IMG/VR virus record: IMGVR_UViG_3300010938_000950
Coordinates: 1-64,000 of that record
DNA: 64,000 nt
Strand: one strand, 5' to 3'
The translations under genes and the position numbers were made by a program. Positions 10,101-18,441 of this stretch are shown piece by piece (position 1 is the first letter of the stretch; the number at the start of each line of letters is the position of its first letter). Below the pieces are notes generated by a model, which ran no database searches, had not been told where the DNA came from, and was given only the letters and a program-made list of their open reading frames with translations.

Positions 10101-10306
10101 TTAATGGTGCACTTGCACATAGCGTAAATGTTTCTGGATCTATAGATTATGGCACTCATGGGCCTTGGGATGTTGGTGGTGTTTCTAATGCTAGTGTTGG
10201 ACAATTCTGGGATGGACACATAGATGATGTTAGAGTTGAAAATGTAGTGCGCTCTCAAGCTTATTTTGAAGAAATGTATAAGAGAGGAATTGGTCAACCA
10301 GACTAA
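7106..10306 (+). CDS. Tail fibre / receptor-binding protein with glycine-rich domain and C-terminal LamG-like (concanavalin A) domain
   Basis: N-terminal EIV..TARSGDT.TVVRGQEGT anchor; VKMWGPGGG...GGGGG domain at about 7640-8400; C-terminal TVSAWVK...WTLLSYTYDGTTLRSYING...GHIDDVRV. Confidence 0.8.
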   Translation: MAEQFANNAASTLNGAINNSTTTIVVATGEGSRFPSVGNFRLMIGLDPFTAEIVLATARSGDTITVVRGQEGTSAQSWGNGTSVTHIVTAGAIEQIRTQFVTSGAEIYTTNTVSIDPNGTVASSHGDGTSKLYVNGNVQALRYSAGEMAAVTQGFGYVSDTLQSFVVPTGVTSLKVKMWGPGGGTGSYSASGGGGPGGYTTGFLSVTPGETLLLAVGSGGKKPVSSTGNGGLGGWPGGGFGTRGDASGGGGGGLTGIFTSSMTQANALMIAGGGGGSTGFGNFGAGGGGGLTGGSGTSGSGAGGSQVAGGLGGGTLNTSPSVGTALAGGTAFTDNTTSQTNDCGGGGSGYWGGGAGQGDGRAGGGGSGFIHATRVSSGSTTTGNNAVSGNAQTLPPNTTDPNYIAGVGVGAATGLTGVGNDGGDGYIVFQWGGQTSMDLDSINFSNGSIISIPDNHVSIASGGGNVVLSPGSSSITLQSATDFILSTLTDTRFDISSSQKFKMYSSGAVVIGTATNNDTSAEAQAGITGPIINISSSTGSISTTTNQATIFNQSGALYLQGNTEVRFATSTSTKGYFDVNGIFRAGPSASSTATLQGATWPITGTDYFWMYNASGSSWAEIVAGGSVNRSAIQVLNNATSNTCGVSLFGAGTGHGTAEYAGNGTIEQSGNSTSALVFTKRNGTDGLSFASTGAIWQSGAWTIGRATNNDTSSEAQAGLTGPLLNITQTTGGTLTTVANQSLLYNSAGVNISQGHSGVRQIVGTTTILDTTSTGTTITGLVTATNKFVVGTSGPTITQGTGVPATSENNGSIFLRTDGTASTGIYTRQGGAWYSINSRYTPTDSNTIINWKFDETAAPYVNSGSGSSLSLTTFTGTPVSITGLFNKGLGCSLSTITTGNTSVNEPTGNSLTVSAWVKARSYATFATVINKAYRNDNTWSSPFVALYLSLTNSGDGSWGPAITTTGGVLTQPAIGGAFRVPLHVWTLLSYTYDGTTLRSYINGALAHSVNVSGSIDYGTHGPWDVGGVSNASVGQFWDGHIDDVRVENVVRSQAYFEEMYKRGIGQPD

Positions 10307-10317
10307 TAAGGTGAATT

Positions 10318-11625
10318 ATGTCTTTTGTTGGTCAACTCGGAATACCAGAAAGTAGGCCAGGTAATATACAACTTGGTATTGTTTCCTCTGTTTCTCAGAT
10401 CAGCGCAACTATAGATTGTGTTTCAACAACTTCAGGCTCATTATTAGGTGCGGGATCTATAGTTGCACAATCTGACGGCTCATCCACTATTGTTGCGCCT
10501 ATTATCGGATACATACCTGCAACTTCTACAATTGATGGGTTTACTACAGTATCTGGATCTATTTTTGGTACTGCGACCATTTCTAGTTCAATAAATGGTA
10601 TTGCAGAATTTACACCTACTATCTTAGCTGGTGGTAGTTTATCTTCTACTATAGATTGTATATCTACTTATACTGCAGTCGTTTTAGGATTAGGAGCAGT
10701 CATTTCAACTATAGATGGTTTGGCAACCTTTTCTGGATCTTTACTTGCAAGTGGAGATTTAGTAGGCACTATTTCTGGGGTCGCTAACTTATCAGCTTCC
10801 ATTTCGGCTAGCGGATCTTTATCAGGAACTATTGATGGTATTTCTGATTTATTAACTAATATAAATGGCATTGGTATCATTACTTCGACCATAGATGGTT
10901 TAGCAAATTTTTCTAGTACAATATTGGCTACTGGAAACTTACAATCAACATCTAGTAGCATCGCTACTATGTCTGCAACTATTTTGGCAAGTGGCAATCT
11001 AACGTTTACGCAAATTAATGGAACATCTACTATTATTGCTCCTATTAATGGCATCGCTGCGGCATCATCTTCTGTTTCAGGAAATTCTGAATTAGTATCT
11101 AACTTAGTTGGAATTGCACACATATTATCTAATATCAATGGCACGTCTACAATTAATAGTTTGTTAGTTGGGTTTGCGTCAATTACTGCACAAATTAATG
11201 GTACATCTAATTTTACTGCCGGTTTCTTATTTGGAGAAGTATTAATTAGTGGATCATCTGCTATATTTGCTAGACTAGTTAATTTCTTACAAGATAAAGC
11301 CATAGAAGATCCTATTGATTTAATTAAAAGCAATCAACATCAGGATCCATTCTGCCCACCAATAACAATTACTCTATGTCCAGTTCAACCATTTCCATTG
11401 GTAGAAGAAACGGATCCATTACCTCCAGCACCTGAACTACCAGGGCCAACTGTGTTAGTCCCTCCTCCATTGGTTGATTCAAATGTTCCAGCAAGTTTAG
11501 CGACTGTTCAAGCATTTACTTTGGTTAAAGTGACTCCACCACCTCCTCCCGAACCGCCACCGCCGCCACAACCAGCACCAGAAGATATTCCTATAGTAAG
11601 TTCCGGCATTAAACTTCTGCATTAA
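10318..11625 (+). CDS. Repeat-rich fibre/shaft-like virion protein with Pro-rich C-terminus
   Basis: About 14 tandem 20-aa repeats, then PPPPPEPPPPPQP tail; GGTGA SD. Confidence 0.7.
   Translation: MSFVGQLGIPESRPGNIQLGIVSSVSQISATIDCVSTTSGSLLGAGSIVAQSDGSSTIVAPIIGYIPATSTIDGFTTVSGSIFGTATISSSINGIAEFTPTILAGGSLSSTIDCISTYTAVVLGLGAVISTIDGLATFSGSLLASGDLVGTISGVANLSASISASGSLSGTIDGISDLLTNINGIGIITSTIDGLANFSSTILATGNLQSTSSSIATMSATILASGNLTFTQINGTSTIIAPINGIAAASSSVSGNSELVSNLVGIAHILSNINGTSTINSLLVGFASITAQINGTSNFTAGFLFGEVLISGSSAIFARLVNFLQDKAIEDPIDLIKSNQHQDPFCPPITITLCPVQPFPLVEETDPLPPAPELPGPTVLVPPPLVDSNVPASLATVQAFTLVKVTPPPPPEPPPPPQPAPEDIPIVSSGIKLLH
10402..11244 (+). repeat. Degenerate 60-nt (20-aa) coding tandem repeat, about 14 units
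   Basis: SATIDCVSTTSGSLLGAGSI / TSTIDGFTTVSGSIFGTATI / SSTIDCISTYTAVVLGLGAV / ISTIDGLATFSGSLLASGDL / TSTIDGLANFSSTILATGNL etc. Confidence 0.85.
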
Positions 11626-11649
11626 ATTGTATAAGAATTAAGGAACACT

Positions 11650-12018
11650 ATGTCAACTCTGCTCTATTATTTCCCAGGACAAAAAGCTACTATTTTCCTA
11701 GAAACTAAGGACGGTTATGGCCAGCGCGGGGATAACAACACGTCATTTGATGGTTATTTAACTCCAGTTATTACAAGAGTTATCTTTCCTGACCTGTCTC
11801 TAGCAGCCGGGTTCCCCCAACCAATGGTTAAGTTAGATACAGGTCTTTATTTCTTCCAATTTACCGTTCCAGTTGGTGGAAAATCTGTTGGTAGTTTTCT
11901 GATAGATGTTACGTATAATAATCCGGGAAATCCTCTAGATTTGACTCAAACGTATCAATTAGTAGTAACGGCTCCGTTCGGTAATTACGGGGTTACAACC
12001 TTTGGGAGTGCAACGTGA
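11650..12018 (+). CDS. Small Ig-like putative virion protein
   Basis: 122 aa beta-rich (TGLYFFQFTVP...GSFLIDVTY); AAGGA SD; two DGY motifs. Confidence 0.6.
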   Translation: MSTLLYYFPGQKATIFLETKDGYGQRGDNNTSFDGYLTPVITRVIFPDLSLAAGFPQPMVKLDTGLYFFQFTVPVGGKSVGSFLIDVTYNNPGNPLDLTQTYQLVVTAPFGNYGVTTFGSAT

Positions 12019-12914
12019 CCATTAAGGCTCGCGGTGAGTTAATTGACGTCACAGATCAAGTTAATTTAACCGTACAATTTAAAGATCAGTTCGGGAACCC
12101 CATTGACACGGATTCCTTCCCGACAATTTCTATTGTTCAGCCAAGTGGCTTAGTAGCACTAGCTCCAACTTCAGCCGGCGTTACACGTGTATCAACCGGC
12201 AAATATTCTTTTGTTTTTACGGTTCCAATCAATGGCCCCTATGGGGCTTTTAATGATATTTGGGTTGGGTACATCAATGGATTTCGTGTTGAAACTACTT
12301 TTACATTTGTAGTCGCACATACACAAATTCCAAGCATAAATTCAGATGGTTATGTACATTTAGGTGATGATCCTGGTTTTAGTTATTCGCAATGTGCCAC
12401 TATTAATATCAATAAGCTAATAAAATCTCTTAAAGCAAGATTAAACAGTGCCGGTAAAGCAAAATCATCGGATGCCTATGGAAACACTATCTATGTCGAT
12501 TGTGATATTTTCTCTATTGCTATGCTTACAACTTTTCTCGCTACTGCTTTATGGGATTTCAACCAAGTACCTTACTTCACATTCTTCAAATTCGATGATG
12601 ATGATTTCGTTGATCAGTTTGGTGAAATTCTGGTAGAGGGAGCCACTCTATACGCATTAGCATCTAAAGCATTAATTGAGCGTGGTCGTGAATTTCAAAT
12701 CACGGATAACGGTTTGAGCTTTAATCCTCCAACAGTTTCTGAATTGATGCAAACGCAATATAGCACACTACTATCTCACTACTGGGAAAAACTAAAGTAC
12801 ATAAAGAATAGCTTACGTCCAGCACCAAGAGGATTGGGCGTGTTCAGCATGAATAGTGCTATTAATCCGGCTTTTGCTAGATTGAGACACTTAAGAGCCA
12901 GAAGATTGATATGA
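12015..12914 (+). CDS. Putative head-tail adaptor/neck protein with N-terminal Ig-like domain
   Basis: GTG start overlapping upstream TGA, GGAG SD; beta-rich N-half (TGKYSFVFTVP), helical C-half; position upstream of tail genes. Confidence 0.5.
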   Translation: MTIKARGELIDVTDQVNLTVQFKDQFGNPIDTDSFPTISIVQPSGLVALAPTSAGVTRVSTGKYSFVFTVPINGPYGAFNDIWVGYINGFRVETTFTFVVAHTQIPSINSDGYVHLGDDPGFSYSQCATININKLIKSLKARLNSAGKAKSSDAYGNTIYVDCDIFSIAMLTTFLATALWDFNQVPYFTFFKFDDDDFVDQFGEILVEGATLYALASKALIERGREFQITDNGLSFNPPTVSELMQTQYSTLLSHYWEKLKYIKNSLRPAPRGLGVFSMNSAINPAFARLRHLRARRLI

Positions 12915-13228
12915 AGTATGATGAGTTGGTAAGAAAATGTGAAATGTTTTATAAAACAGCCGTTTCACATCTCTCAGAATTAACAATTGATCCATCAGGC
13001 ATGCGTGATGAATCATTAGAACTAGTACGTAAACAACGCAAATCTAATGTAAAAATGAGGCCGATAGAAATAGAAATCTATCCTGGACACAAACCATTTT
13101 TAGCAGACGGTAGGCACAGACTATCTATTGCCAAAGAGCGTGGCGATAAAACTATTGATGCTATTGTGCGCTATTATGATGAAGAAGCAAATGTAATCAA
13201 AACTGATAAAATTGTTCTAAGTATTTAA
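12911..13228 (+). CDS. ParB/sulfiredoxin-like domain protein
   Basis: RPIEI...FLADGRHRLSIAKERGDKTIDAIV matches ParB-N DGxHR motif. Confidence 0.8.
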   Translation: MKYDELVRKCEMFYKTAVSHLSELTIDPSGMRDESLELVRKQRKSNVKMRPIEIEIYPGHKPFLADGRHRLSIAKERGDKTIDAIVRYYDEEANVIKTDKIVLSI

Positions 13229-13842
13229 CGTTCTATTTTTCTTCGCTCTTTAGATGGAATCAAAAAGTCCTGTAAAGGATTTCCAGCAATCTTCTCGAAG
13301 ATTTCAATCTTTTTGAGCAGCAAAGCATTTTTGTCTATGTTTGGTCCAGCGAGTGGAAACGTAACAAAAATACGATCATCCCCGTGGTCCCCGCCCCATA
13401 ACACAATTTCTGAAACCACGAACTCTACTGGATGAAACTTCTCATCATCTGGTTTTTCATCCGCATACGCTAAAGTAACATGTGGTTTGAAGTCTTTGAA
13501 GGTCTTGGAAAACTCTATTTTTTCTTCATCAAAGTTATCAGCTAACTTTTTGCGCAATTTCATTAGTTCATCTGACTCTACCTTGCCAATAATTGGCACC
13601 TTACCTTCTGGATTCTTTGAAAAAGAAGTCATTTTACCAATGGAAACTAAGAATGGATGAAATTTAGATACCACATCGTAGGTGACCTCAATAGATTTAC
13701 TTAATTCTGAAATTGGCCACTCACTTTGAAAATGTAAGAGAGTAATATGCATCTCAGATGTACTGATTTTTTCACCTGGAACATCAATTTGAGCAAGTAA
13801 ACGTCCAGTTTCGTGTGGTATTCGTATTCCTAGAAAAGCCAT
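13225..13842 (-). CDS. 2H phosphoesterase (2'-5' RNA ligase/ThpR/Acb1-like superfamily)
   Basis: Two HxT motifs (MHITLL, PHVTLAY) about 90 aa apart; GAGG SD on minus strand. Confidence 0.88.
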   Translation of the reverse strand: MAFLGIRIPHETGRLLAQIDVPGEKISTSEMHITLLHFQSEWPISELSKSIEVTYDVVSKFHPFLVSIGKMTSFSKNPEGKVPIIGKVESDELMKLRKKLADNFDEEKIEFSKTFKDFKPHVTLAYADEKPDDEKFHPVEFVVSEIVLWGGDHGDDRIFVTFPLAGPNIDKNALLLKKIEIFEKIAGNPLQDFLIPSKERRKIER

Positions 13843-13878
13843 GCTGCCTCGATAATATGACTATTTAGCCATAAATGT

Positions 13879-14403
13879 ATGGGTTCTAATAAAGAAGAGA
13901 AAATTCCACTTTCTCAAGTCAAAAAGCTGCCTTATAAGTCTTTAAATCGCATGATTAAAAAGATGCGCGAATACCTCAAACAAAATGAGGTAGTTCAAAA
14001 GATGTTTGAAGAATATGAAGTGGATATTAGCGAAATTGATCTTATTCCGATGATGTTTGGCAATTTAGATGTATCTGCCAAAACCGATCATGGTGTTATT
14101 ATTTTCAATTACAAACTTTTAACTGATGGTGATTGGTTTAAGGATTTTTCTTACGGTGTTCATGAGATGACTCATTGGTTACAACAAACAACCGGTACCA
14201 AAGCGACTAAAAGTTCTGATGATGGTAGCTATTTGGACAACCCATATGAACAAGAGGGCTTTCAAAACCAAGTTGAGTATATTGCTGATCAATTTGGCGA
14301 AGATGAAGCCGAACAATACGTGGATGACCTATTAGAGCACCATGAAGTTGAAGATAAAAAGGAAATCAAGGAAAAGAAAGAAACCTTGATGGCAAAAGTC
14401 TAA
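13879..14403 (+). CDS. Putative zincin-like metallopeptidase (HExxH)
   Basis: VHEMTHWLQ followed by YLDNPYEQEG third-ligand-type motif. Confidence 0.7.
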   Translation: MGSNKEEKIPLSQVKKLPYKSLNRMIKKMREYLKQNEVVQKMFEEYEVDISEIDLIPMMFGNLDVSAKTDHGVIIFNYKLLTDGDWFKDFSYGVHEMTHWLQQTTGTKATKSSDDGSYLDNPYEQEGFQNQVEYIADQFGEDEAEQYVDDLLEHHEVEDKKEIKEKKETLMAKV

Positions 14404-14457
14404 TCATTCCGCTATTGCGTGTCCAGTCCTCGGCTAATAAAATCGAATTAGAGTATC

Positions 14458-16035
14458 ATGGTCCACTACTCTAATCCCATTATGTCTGGTTTGGATGCTG
14501 TTCGCTCTCTTGGGGACGGCCATACTATAAATATGGCTTGGTTTCCAGCACGTCCAGACTCTCCAACAAACCAGATTGCCTATCATCTTTATTATTCTAC
14601 AGATAGGAGAACTGTGTTCTCTGAAGGGGTTAAATTTGTCATTGTGGATGGATCTACATCTGCAAACATTACTGATTTGGTTCCCGGACAAAATTATTGG
14701 TTTTCTATGAGGCCAGTAGAATACAATCCATCGATTATAACGTTTTTGCAAAATCTTCCAGTTGCTCACGATAACGTGCGCTTCTATCCAAGCACTATGT
14801 TGAGAAATAATATCACCAGTAGTGATTTAATCATTCCACTGATTGATGTAGATGGATTTCCTAGTACCGGTATTATTAAAATTGGAGTTGAACTCATTTT
14901 ATATTTAGCAGTAGATATTGTAAATAGAAATCTAATCGTGCCTGCCAATGGAAGAGGTTATAATTTAACACCTATCACTTTACACACAGTATCTGGTTTT
15001 GATGGATACAATACTTGGAGCCCAATCGTTAGCATGTTTGCGATTGAGGAGGATGAAGGTTGGGATGCTATTTTTGCATGTCAATCGCGTTTTGAATACC
15101 CTAATTATCCATTTACAATAATTGATGGTTATCATCAAGTTGCTAAAGATTTATTGTCTACAGATTTAAGTGCAGCAGATGCTGCAAATGTACAATTTCC
15201 ACGATATGATTTCGCTGGGTATCATAGAACAGATCCTGTACAGCTTTTAAATGGAACGTGTGTTGGAAGTTACATTGGCGGTGAAATGGGATGTATAGAT
15301 GCTTATGGAAATTTTAATATTTTCCGTGGTATGTCATTACAAGATCAAAATACACAACGCCAGGATCTTTTACTATCAGTGACTGGTCGCCCAGCCGTAT
15401 TACTTAGAAGAGTCAATACAGGAATTACCTGTTCTTGTTATTTGGCTTCTAGTGAATATCCTGATGACAGATGTCCATTCTGCTATGGCACTAAATTTGT
15501 CTTTGGCTATGAACAATATTTTAATCCTCGTAGATCAGATGGAAGAATCTTAGTTCGCCCAGGGCCAACGGCAGAAAATCTTAAAATGCATGAAGCTGGA
15601 TTAGAGTCAGAGTTTCCACTTGATCTTTGGACATTAACTGTTCCTACTATTAAAACTAGAGATGTTCTAATTCTTTTTGATCAGGATGATAATGAAGAGT
15701 TTAGGTATGAAGTAGCCGACGTAACTCGTAATAATACTATTAATGGTTTAGATGGTGGTCAGCACCTTAAAACATTTAGAATCCGTAAGTTTGATCCGGC
15801 CTATCAAATCAGGGCTTTCAGAAATACGTCAGAATTTCCATCTAAACTTAATACTAGTCTCGGATTTACTCCAGGAATTCCTCCTCACAGTCACGAAATT
15901 GTAATAAATGAAAAAGTTTTGTCAGTTTCACAAATTAATCAAACTACAGGAATATCTCAAGGCCATAACCATCCAATTGTAAATGGGCAAGTTATGGAAG
16001 TTTTAGGTCATACCCATACAATCATTTTGCCATAA
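14458..16035 (+). CDS. Putative head-closure/neck protein with FN3-like N-terminus, Cys cluster and His-rich tail
   Basis: FN3-like (MAWFP..YHLYY..NITDLVPGQNYWFSMRPV); TCSC...RCPFCYGT; C-terminal HSH/HNH/HTH. Confidence 0.5.
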   Translation: MVHYSNPIMSGLDAVRSLGDGHTINMAWFPARPDSPTNQIAYHLYYSTDRRTVFSEGVKFVIVDGSTSANITDLVPGQNYWFSMRPVEYNPSIITFLQNLPVAHDNVRFYPSTMLRNNITSSDLIIPLIDVDGFPSTGIIKIGVELILYLAVDIVNRNLIVPANGRGYNLTPITLHTVSGFDGYNTWSPIVSMFAIEEDEGWDAIFACQSRFEYPNYPFTIIDGYHQVAKDLLSTDLSAADAANVQFPRYDFAGYHRTDPVQLLNGTCVGSYIGGEMGCIDAYGNFNIFRGMSLQDQNTQRQDLLLSVTGRPAVLLRRVNTGITCSCYLASSEYPDDRCPFCYGTKFVFGYEQYFNPRRSDGRILVRPGPTAENLKMHEAGLESEFPLDLWTLTVPTIKTRDVLILFDQDDNEEFRYEVADVTRNNTINGLDGGQHLKTFRIRKFDPAYQIRAFRNTSEFPSKLNTSLGFTPGIPPHSHEIVINEKVLSVSQINQTTGISQGHNHPIVNGQVMEVLGHTHTIILP

Positions 16036-16076
16036 TGCAATAAGTCGGCATAATATAGGAAATTTAAGGGAAATAC

Positions 16077-17846
16077 ATGAGTCCAATTAACCCTAACTTT
16101 AAACCTGGCGTTGGCCACCTAGTTACCGATAGATTTGATTTTCAAAAACATATCGATGGGGAAAACTTTAGGCATGAAGCAGGTTCTATAGACTTAAATC
16201 CAAGTGTTACTATTGGTTCAACTGTAATTACAGATGTTCAAACGGCTATTGCTGCCCTAGCTGGTACTATCATAGTCCCATCAGTACCAGATGCAACTAC
16301 AGTAAGTAAGGGTGTTATTCAATTAGGTGGAGACCTATTTGGTACAGGAACAACAGCCGTCGCTCCTAAAGTAAGTGGACTGCAAGGATTTCCTGTCAGT
16401 GCAGCTACTCCAGCAACTAATCAAGTTTTGACATGGACAGGAACCACATGGGCGCCTTCTGTCATTGTTAACGCAACATCAGCAGTTTTTGGTACTATTA
16501 AATTATTGGGCGATTTAAATGCTGGTACAGCTAGTTCGCCAGTAGTTACTGGCATTCAAACTCGTCCTGTTAGTGCAGTGGCTCCTCTTTCTGGTCAAGC
16601 TTTGGTATGGAATGGTTCTGTTTGGATTCCAACCGGTATTCCAACTACTCCAACAGGTACTGGTTTTGCTACTTTAACGGGCGGCACTTATGATGCCTCT
16701 GCTACGGCGAATATTAGGTATACTGGTGGCAAATTACAGACTGATACTAACATTCAGTTCAAAAATGCCGCTATTACTGGGGATTTAGCGTGGACTCCTA
16801 CAGGCGTTAACAAAACAATAACTTTACCGGACACTACTGACACGCTTATTGGTTTGTCAACAACTGACGTATTAGCCAACAAAACCATTAATGCAACAAC
16901 CAATACTATTACTGATACTGGAGCTGCTTTGGGAGATATTTTAGCCGTAGTTTCTGGTACTAAATTTACCAGATTAGCTAAAGGTGCTAACGGTACATTC
17001 TTGGGCGTTTCTGGTGGTGTTCTTGGATATTTTACTCCGTCTGGTAGTACTCCAGCAGGTACCGGTTTTGCTACGGTAACTGGTGGTGTATTTGATTCAA
17101 ATGCAACAGCAAATATTAGATATACAAGCGGTAAATTCCAAACTGACGTATCTTTACAATTTAAAAACGGTGGTATTACCGGAGATTTAGCTTGGTCACC
17201 ATCTATTTCAAATAAAACACTAACTTTGCCAAATGCTAATGATACATTGGTTGGTCAAAATACAACAGATGCTTTAACTAATAAAATTCTTGTGGCCTCT
17301 TCAAATACCATCACTGATACTGGTATAGCGCTTGGTGATTTATTAAAGAGCAATGGTACTTCATTTGTACGATTTGCTAGAGGATCAGCATTACAGGTTT
17401 TGAGAACTAATTCAGGTGGTACTGACTTAGAATGGGCGACGGTATCATTCCCTCCAACATATGTATCAATAAACCAGAGTGGTGCAGGTCAGCTTAATAA
17501 TATTCCAAGTGATAGCGTTGGAGATACAACAGGTAATCCTGCCGTTTGTATAAGATTTACTGGTGATGGTGCAGGAACTGACATTCTACTTAGTGGAATT
17601 AATCGTTTACCATTAGATTCTACTAATGTCAGAAGAATTGTTTTAATGCCAGTAAGTACATCCAGATTAATTCTTTCTAATTTAGACCCTAACAGTAGCT
17701 CCAGTAACCAAATTAAGTTTTTTAATAATACTGCTAGCGCACAATACGTTGTTGGAGCTGATGGATATTCTTGTGAAGTTATGTACGATAGTTCTTCACT
17801 CAAATGGAGACTAGTCAATGATTACAGGTCAGTACAATTAGCATGA
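16077..17846 (+). CDS. Fibre-like virion protein with two internal duplications
   Basis: DATT..KGVIQLGGDL fibre motif; T/G-rich; 60-aa and 134-aa internal repeats. Confidence 0.7.
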   Translation: MSPINPNFKPGVGHLVTDRFDFQKHIDGENFRHEAGSIDLNPSVTIGSTVITDVQTAIAALAGTIIVPSVPDATTVSKGVIQLGGDLFGTGTTAVAPKVSGLQGFPVSAATPATNQVLTWTGTTWAPSVIVNATSAVFGTIKLLGDLNAGTASSPVVTGIQTRPVSAVAPLSGQALVWNGSVWIPTGIPTTPTGTGFATLTGGTYDASATANIRYTGGKLQTDTNIQFKNAAITGDLAWTPTGVNKTITLPDTTDTLIGLSTTDVLANKTINATTNTITDTGAALGDILAVVSGTKFTRLAKGANGTFLGVSGGVLGYFTPSGSTPAGTGFATVTGGVFDSNATANIRYTSGKFQTDVSLQFKNGGITGDLAWSPSISNKTLTLPNANDTLVGQNTTDALTNKILVASSNTITDTGIALGDLLKSNGTSFVRFARGSALQVLRTNSGGTDLEWATVSFPPTYVSINQSGAGQLNNIPSDSVGDTTGNPAVCIRFTGDGAGTDILLSGINRLPLDSTNVRRIVLMPVSTSRLILSNLDPNSSSSNQIKFFNNTASAQYVVGADGYSCEVMYDSSSLKWRLVNDYRSVQLA

Positions 17847-17914
17847 TAAGTTTCTGTTTTCCATATCAATTCTTCCACATATCATAAAGAGTTTTGACTC
17901 GTGTAAGGAGTACT

Positions 17915-18412
17915 ATGGATGCATTAATACAAGCCTTTTTAAGTTGGCAATTTTTATTTTTCTGCCTAGCAATTGGTGCTGTTGTCTTTGTTATTAGGCA
18001 AGTGGTTGAATATGGTATGGAAAATTGGTGGCCACTAAAACAATGGAAAGCGGCACATAAAGACGCAAAACTATGGAGAAGTTTGATTCTTCCAATTCTA
18101 CCAATTTTATTAGGACAAGCTGGGGCCCTTTTGGCAAAAAGCTATCCTTATCCTGAAGGCTTTTCCTCCACCAGTGGAAGAATTGTTTTTGGTCTAGTTG
18201 CTGGTTTTACTTCTGGTTTAATTGTCAGATTGTTTAGATCATTTTTGTCCGATAAAATTTCAGAATTTAAAAATAATATTCAGTATAGAATGACTAACCT
18301 TATGCCTCCAGCCCCTCCACCAACACCTGAGGTTCCTCAAATCAATAATGTAGTACAAATTAATAATACGAATGATGATCTTAAAGATGTTCCAAAAAGA
18401 GGTCAACCATAA
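17915..18412 (+). CDS. Multi-pass membrane protein, holin-like
   Basis: AAGGAG SD at 17905-17910 favours ATG 17915 over track TTG 17894; three hydrophobic segments then Pro-rich hydrophilic tail. Confidence 0.55.
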   Translation: MDALIQAFLSWQFLFFCLAIGAVVFVIRQVVEYGMENWWPLKQWKAAHKDAKLWRSLILPILPILLGQAGALLAKSYPYPEGFSSTSGRIVFGLVAGFTSGLIVRLFRSFLSDKISEFKNNIQYRMTNLMPPAPPPTPEVPQINNVVQINNTNDDLKDVPKRGQP

Positions 18413-18441
18413 CTAAGATTTAGTTATATAATTGGTGAAAT

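Noticed and set aside
8624-17450. Diversity-generating retroelement template/variable repeats in fibre genes
   Set aside because: Repeat copies differ at synonymous and non-adenine positions, both copies are in-frame coding, and no reverse transcriptase is in the window
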